Positions 62,729 to 64,000 of a DNA stretch of 64,000 nt are shown piece by piece. The DNA comes from Bacteroidota bacterium (GTDB taxonomy: Bacteria > Bacteroidota > Ignavibacteria > SZUA-365). Made by a program: the position numbers and the translations under genes. The stretch covers positions 516 to 64,515 of the forward strand of contig JAVFAS010000004.1 of NCBI GenBank assembly GCA_034002405.1, written 5' to 3'. Under the pieces are notes generated by a model, which saw nothing but the letters and a program-made list of their open reading frames with translations, had not been told where the DNA came from and did not search any database. The stretch's first letter is position 1, and each line of letters starts with the position of its first letter.

Positions 62729-63046
62729 TCAGGCCACCACGCCCGCGGTTTCCTCGGCCGCCTGCTCCTCCTTCCGTGGTTTGAGCTGATACGAGTCGAG
62801 GTGCAGTGTAAAGGCGTTGCCCGCATACGGGACGGCGATCCCGCGTGTGCGCAAATCGGCGAGGAATTCCTCCGCCAGACGGTCAACGGCGAGGGTGCCG
62901 ATATCCTTGTGCGTGATGTCGCGCATATACCCGCGGATCGCGGCCTGCACGTCGCGGACGAAAAGATTGCTTTTGTGGTAGACCGGGATCCCCTGCGCGC
63001 GCATATAATCAAACAGCACCGTTTCACTCCCGACGAAGGATTTCAT
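62729..63046 (-). CDS. Small conserved-looking hypothetical protein
   Basis: 105 aa (MKSFVGSETVLFDYMRAQGIPVYHKSNLFVRDVQAAIRGYMRDITHKDIG...), no family recognised; transcribed divergently from purN. Confidence 0.4.
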   Translation of the reverse strand: MKSFVGSETVLFDYMRAQGIPVYHKSNLFVRDVQAAIRGYMRDITHKDIGTLAVDRLAEEFLADLRTRGIAVPYAGNAFTLHLDSYQLKPRKEEQAAEETAGVVA

Positions 63047-63262
63047 GAGAACGCTCCTTACTCCGTGGAAAATCCATTACCTGACAAAAGTAACAGGAAT
63101 TTTCCGAAATCCGTTCACGCCCCGTGCCGCGGTTGCACGCCGGCAGCGGACGACGGGACGTGTCGTACGACGCAAACCATTCACGTCGGCGCGTGGTATC
63201 CGCGGCATTCGTCTGATTGCTTCCAACCCGCATTTTCCGTACTATTCCGTTCTTGAAACGAT

Positions 63263-63883
63263 GTGGACACCATGCTCGTACTGGCGGTATTTGTTTCGGG
63301 ACGTGGATCGAATTTCCTGTCCATTCAGCGTGCGATCGCGGAGCACCGCCTCGATGCCCGCATTGCCGTCGTGATCAGTAATCGACGCGACGCCACCGCG
63401 CTGGAATCCGCCGCCGCGTTGGGAATTCCCGCGCGATCCTTCGCGGGAGTCGCCGAGGCGCAGCAGGTCGCTTGGATGCGCGACACCCTCGCGGAGGCCG
63501 GAGTGAACTTCATCGCGCTGGCCGGCTACATGAAACTCCTTCCAGGCGAGATCGTCGCCGCGTACCGGCATCGGATCACGAATATCCATCCCGCCCTGCT
63601 TCCCTCCTTTGGCGGCACGGGGATGTATGGACATCACGTGCACGAAGCGGTGCTCTCCTCCGGCGCGAAGGTCAGTGGTGCAACAGTGCATCTCGTCGAT
63701 GAAGAATATGACCGCGGGCAGATCGTCGCCCAGCGTTGCGTGCCCGTCCTGCCACACGATTCCGTCGAGTCACTCGCGGCACGCGTGCTGGAAATCGAAC
63801 ACCAGATCTATCCCGAAGCCCTGCACCTCTTCGCCGAGGATCGCGTCGAGGTGCGCGGGAATCGCACCATCATTCTCAGTTAA
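63263..63883 (+). CDS. purN: Phosphoribosylglycinamide formyltransferase
   Basis: LAVFVSGRGSNF...; NIHPALLPSFGG and the catalytic HxxD region (HLVDEEYDRGQI); 206 aa. Confidence 0.85.
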   Translation: MDTMLVLAVFVSGRGSNFLSIQRAIAEHRLDARIAVVISNRRDATALESAAALGIPARSFAGVAEAQQVAWMRDTLAEAGVNFIALAGYMKLLPGEIVAAYRHRITNIHPALLPSFGGTGMYGHHVHEAVLSSGAKVSGATVHLVDEEYDRGQIVAQRCVPVLPHDSVESLAARVLEIEHQIYPEALHLFAEDRVEVRGNRTIILS

Positions 63884-63889
63884 GGAACC

Positions 63890-64000
63890 ATGCAGAGTAT
63901 CCGTCGCGCGCTCTTGAGCGTCTATGACAAGACCGGGATCGTCGATTTCGCCCGGATGCTTGTCGAACAAGGAATCGAAATCATCTCGACGGGAGGAACC
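63890..64000 (+). CDS. purH: Bifunctional AICAR transformylase / IMP cyclohydrolase, N-terminal fragment (runs off the window end)
   Basis: [37 protein letters not shown] matches the N-terminal methylglyoxal-synthase-like domain of PurH. Confidence 0.8.
   Translation, partial: MQSIRRALLSVYDKTGIVDFARMLVEQGIEIISTGGT

Overview
This 64 kb window is high-GC (about 65 %) bacterial chromosome, mostly housekeeping genes, with one accessory locus at the 5-prime end and a candidate small RNA in the middle.

- **Organism.** A valine tRNA is preceded by a Bacteroidetes-type promoter (TTG at -33, TAnnTTTG at -7). A 7TM-HD receptor, split XerD/Tmk, and permease-only MacB-like efflux are also present. Together these point, as an inference only, to the Fibrobacteres-Chlorobi-Bacteroidetes group.
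- **Accessory locus, 1-11.6 kb (+ strand).** A surface-glycan modification cluster: two PIG-L/LmbE deacetylases (one with a signal peptide), three glycosyltransferases, a Wzx-type flippase, a hexapeptide acyltransferase, a CelD/FemAB-like transferase, a GNAT, and a SAM methyltransferase. Embedded in it are two tandem paralogous secreted proteins, each made of an internal duplication, with no family I recognise.
- **Housekeeping block, 11.6-43.2 kb (all - strand).** ribE-ribD, a phosphodiester glycosidase, dxs-xseB-xseA-nadB-argD-coaE-rny, zapA, pheT-pheS-rplT-rpmI-infC-thrS, tRNA-Val, pdxJ, a CPBP protease, an outer-membrane barrel, a FabK-like reductase, a lipase lipoprotein, acpS, a HAD hydrolase, an MBL hydrolase, two unknowns, hslU-hslV-rpoN and a DUF3109 protein.
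- **Candidate ncRNA.** A roughly 210 nt ORF-free region between rny and zapA folds into a long closing helix, about 33 bp with two interruptions. It sits where 6S RNA lies in E. coli, so it is a 6S-like ncRNA candidate.
- **Remainder (+ strand).** dprA, a HlyD/permease/TolC efflux operon, a RodZ-like protein, ligA, a STAS protein ahead of two translationally coupled sodium:solute symporters, a Cof hydrolase, a 7TM-HD (PgpH-like) receptor, xerD, tmk, an S41 peptidase, an IscA/ErpA-type protein, purN and the start of purH.
- No CRISPR array, transposase or prophage signal was seen. Several ORFs in the six-frame track are N-terminal over-extensions or antisense artefacts of GC-rich genes; these are recorded and rejected.
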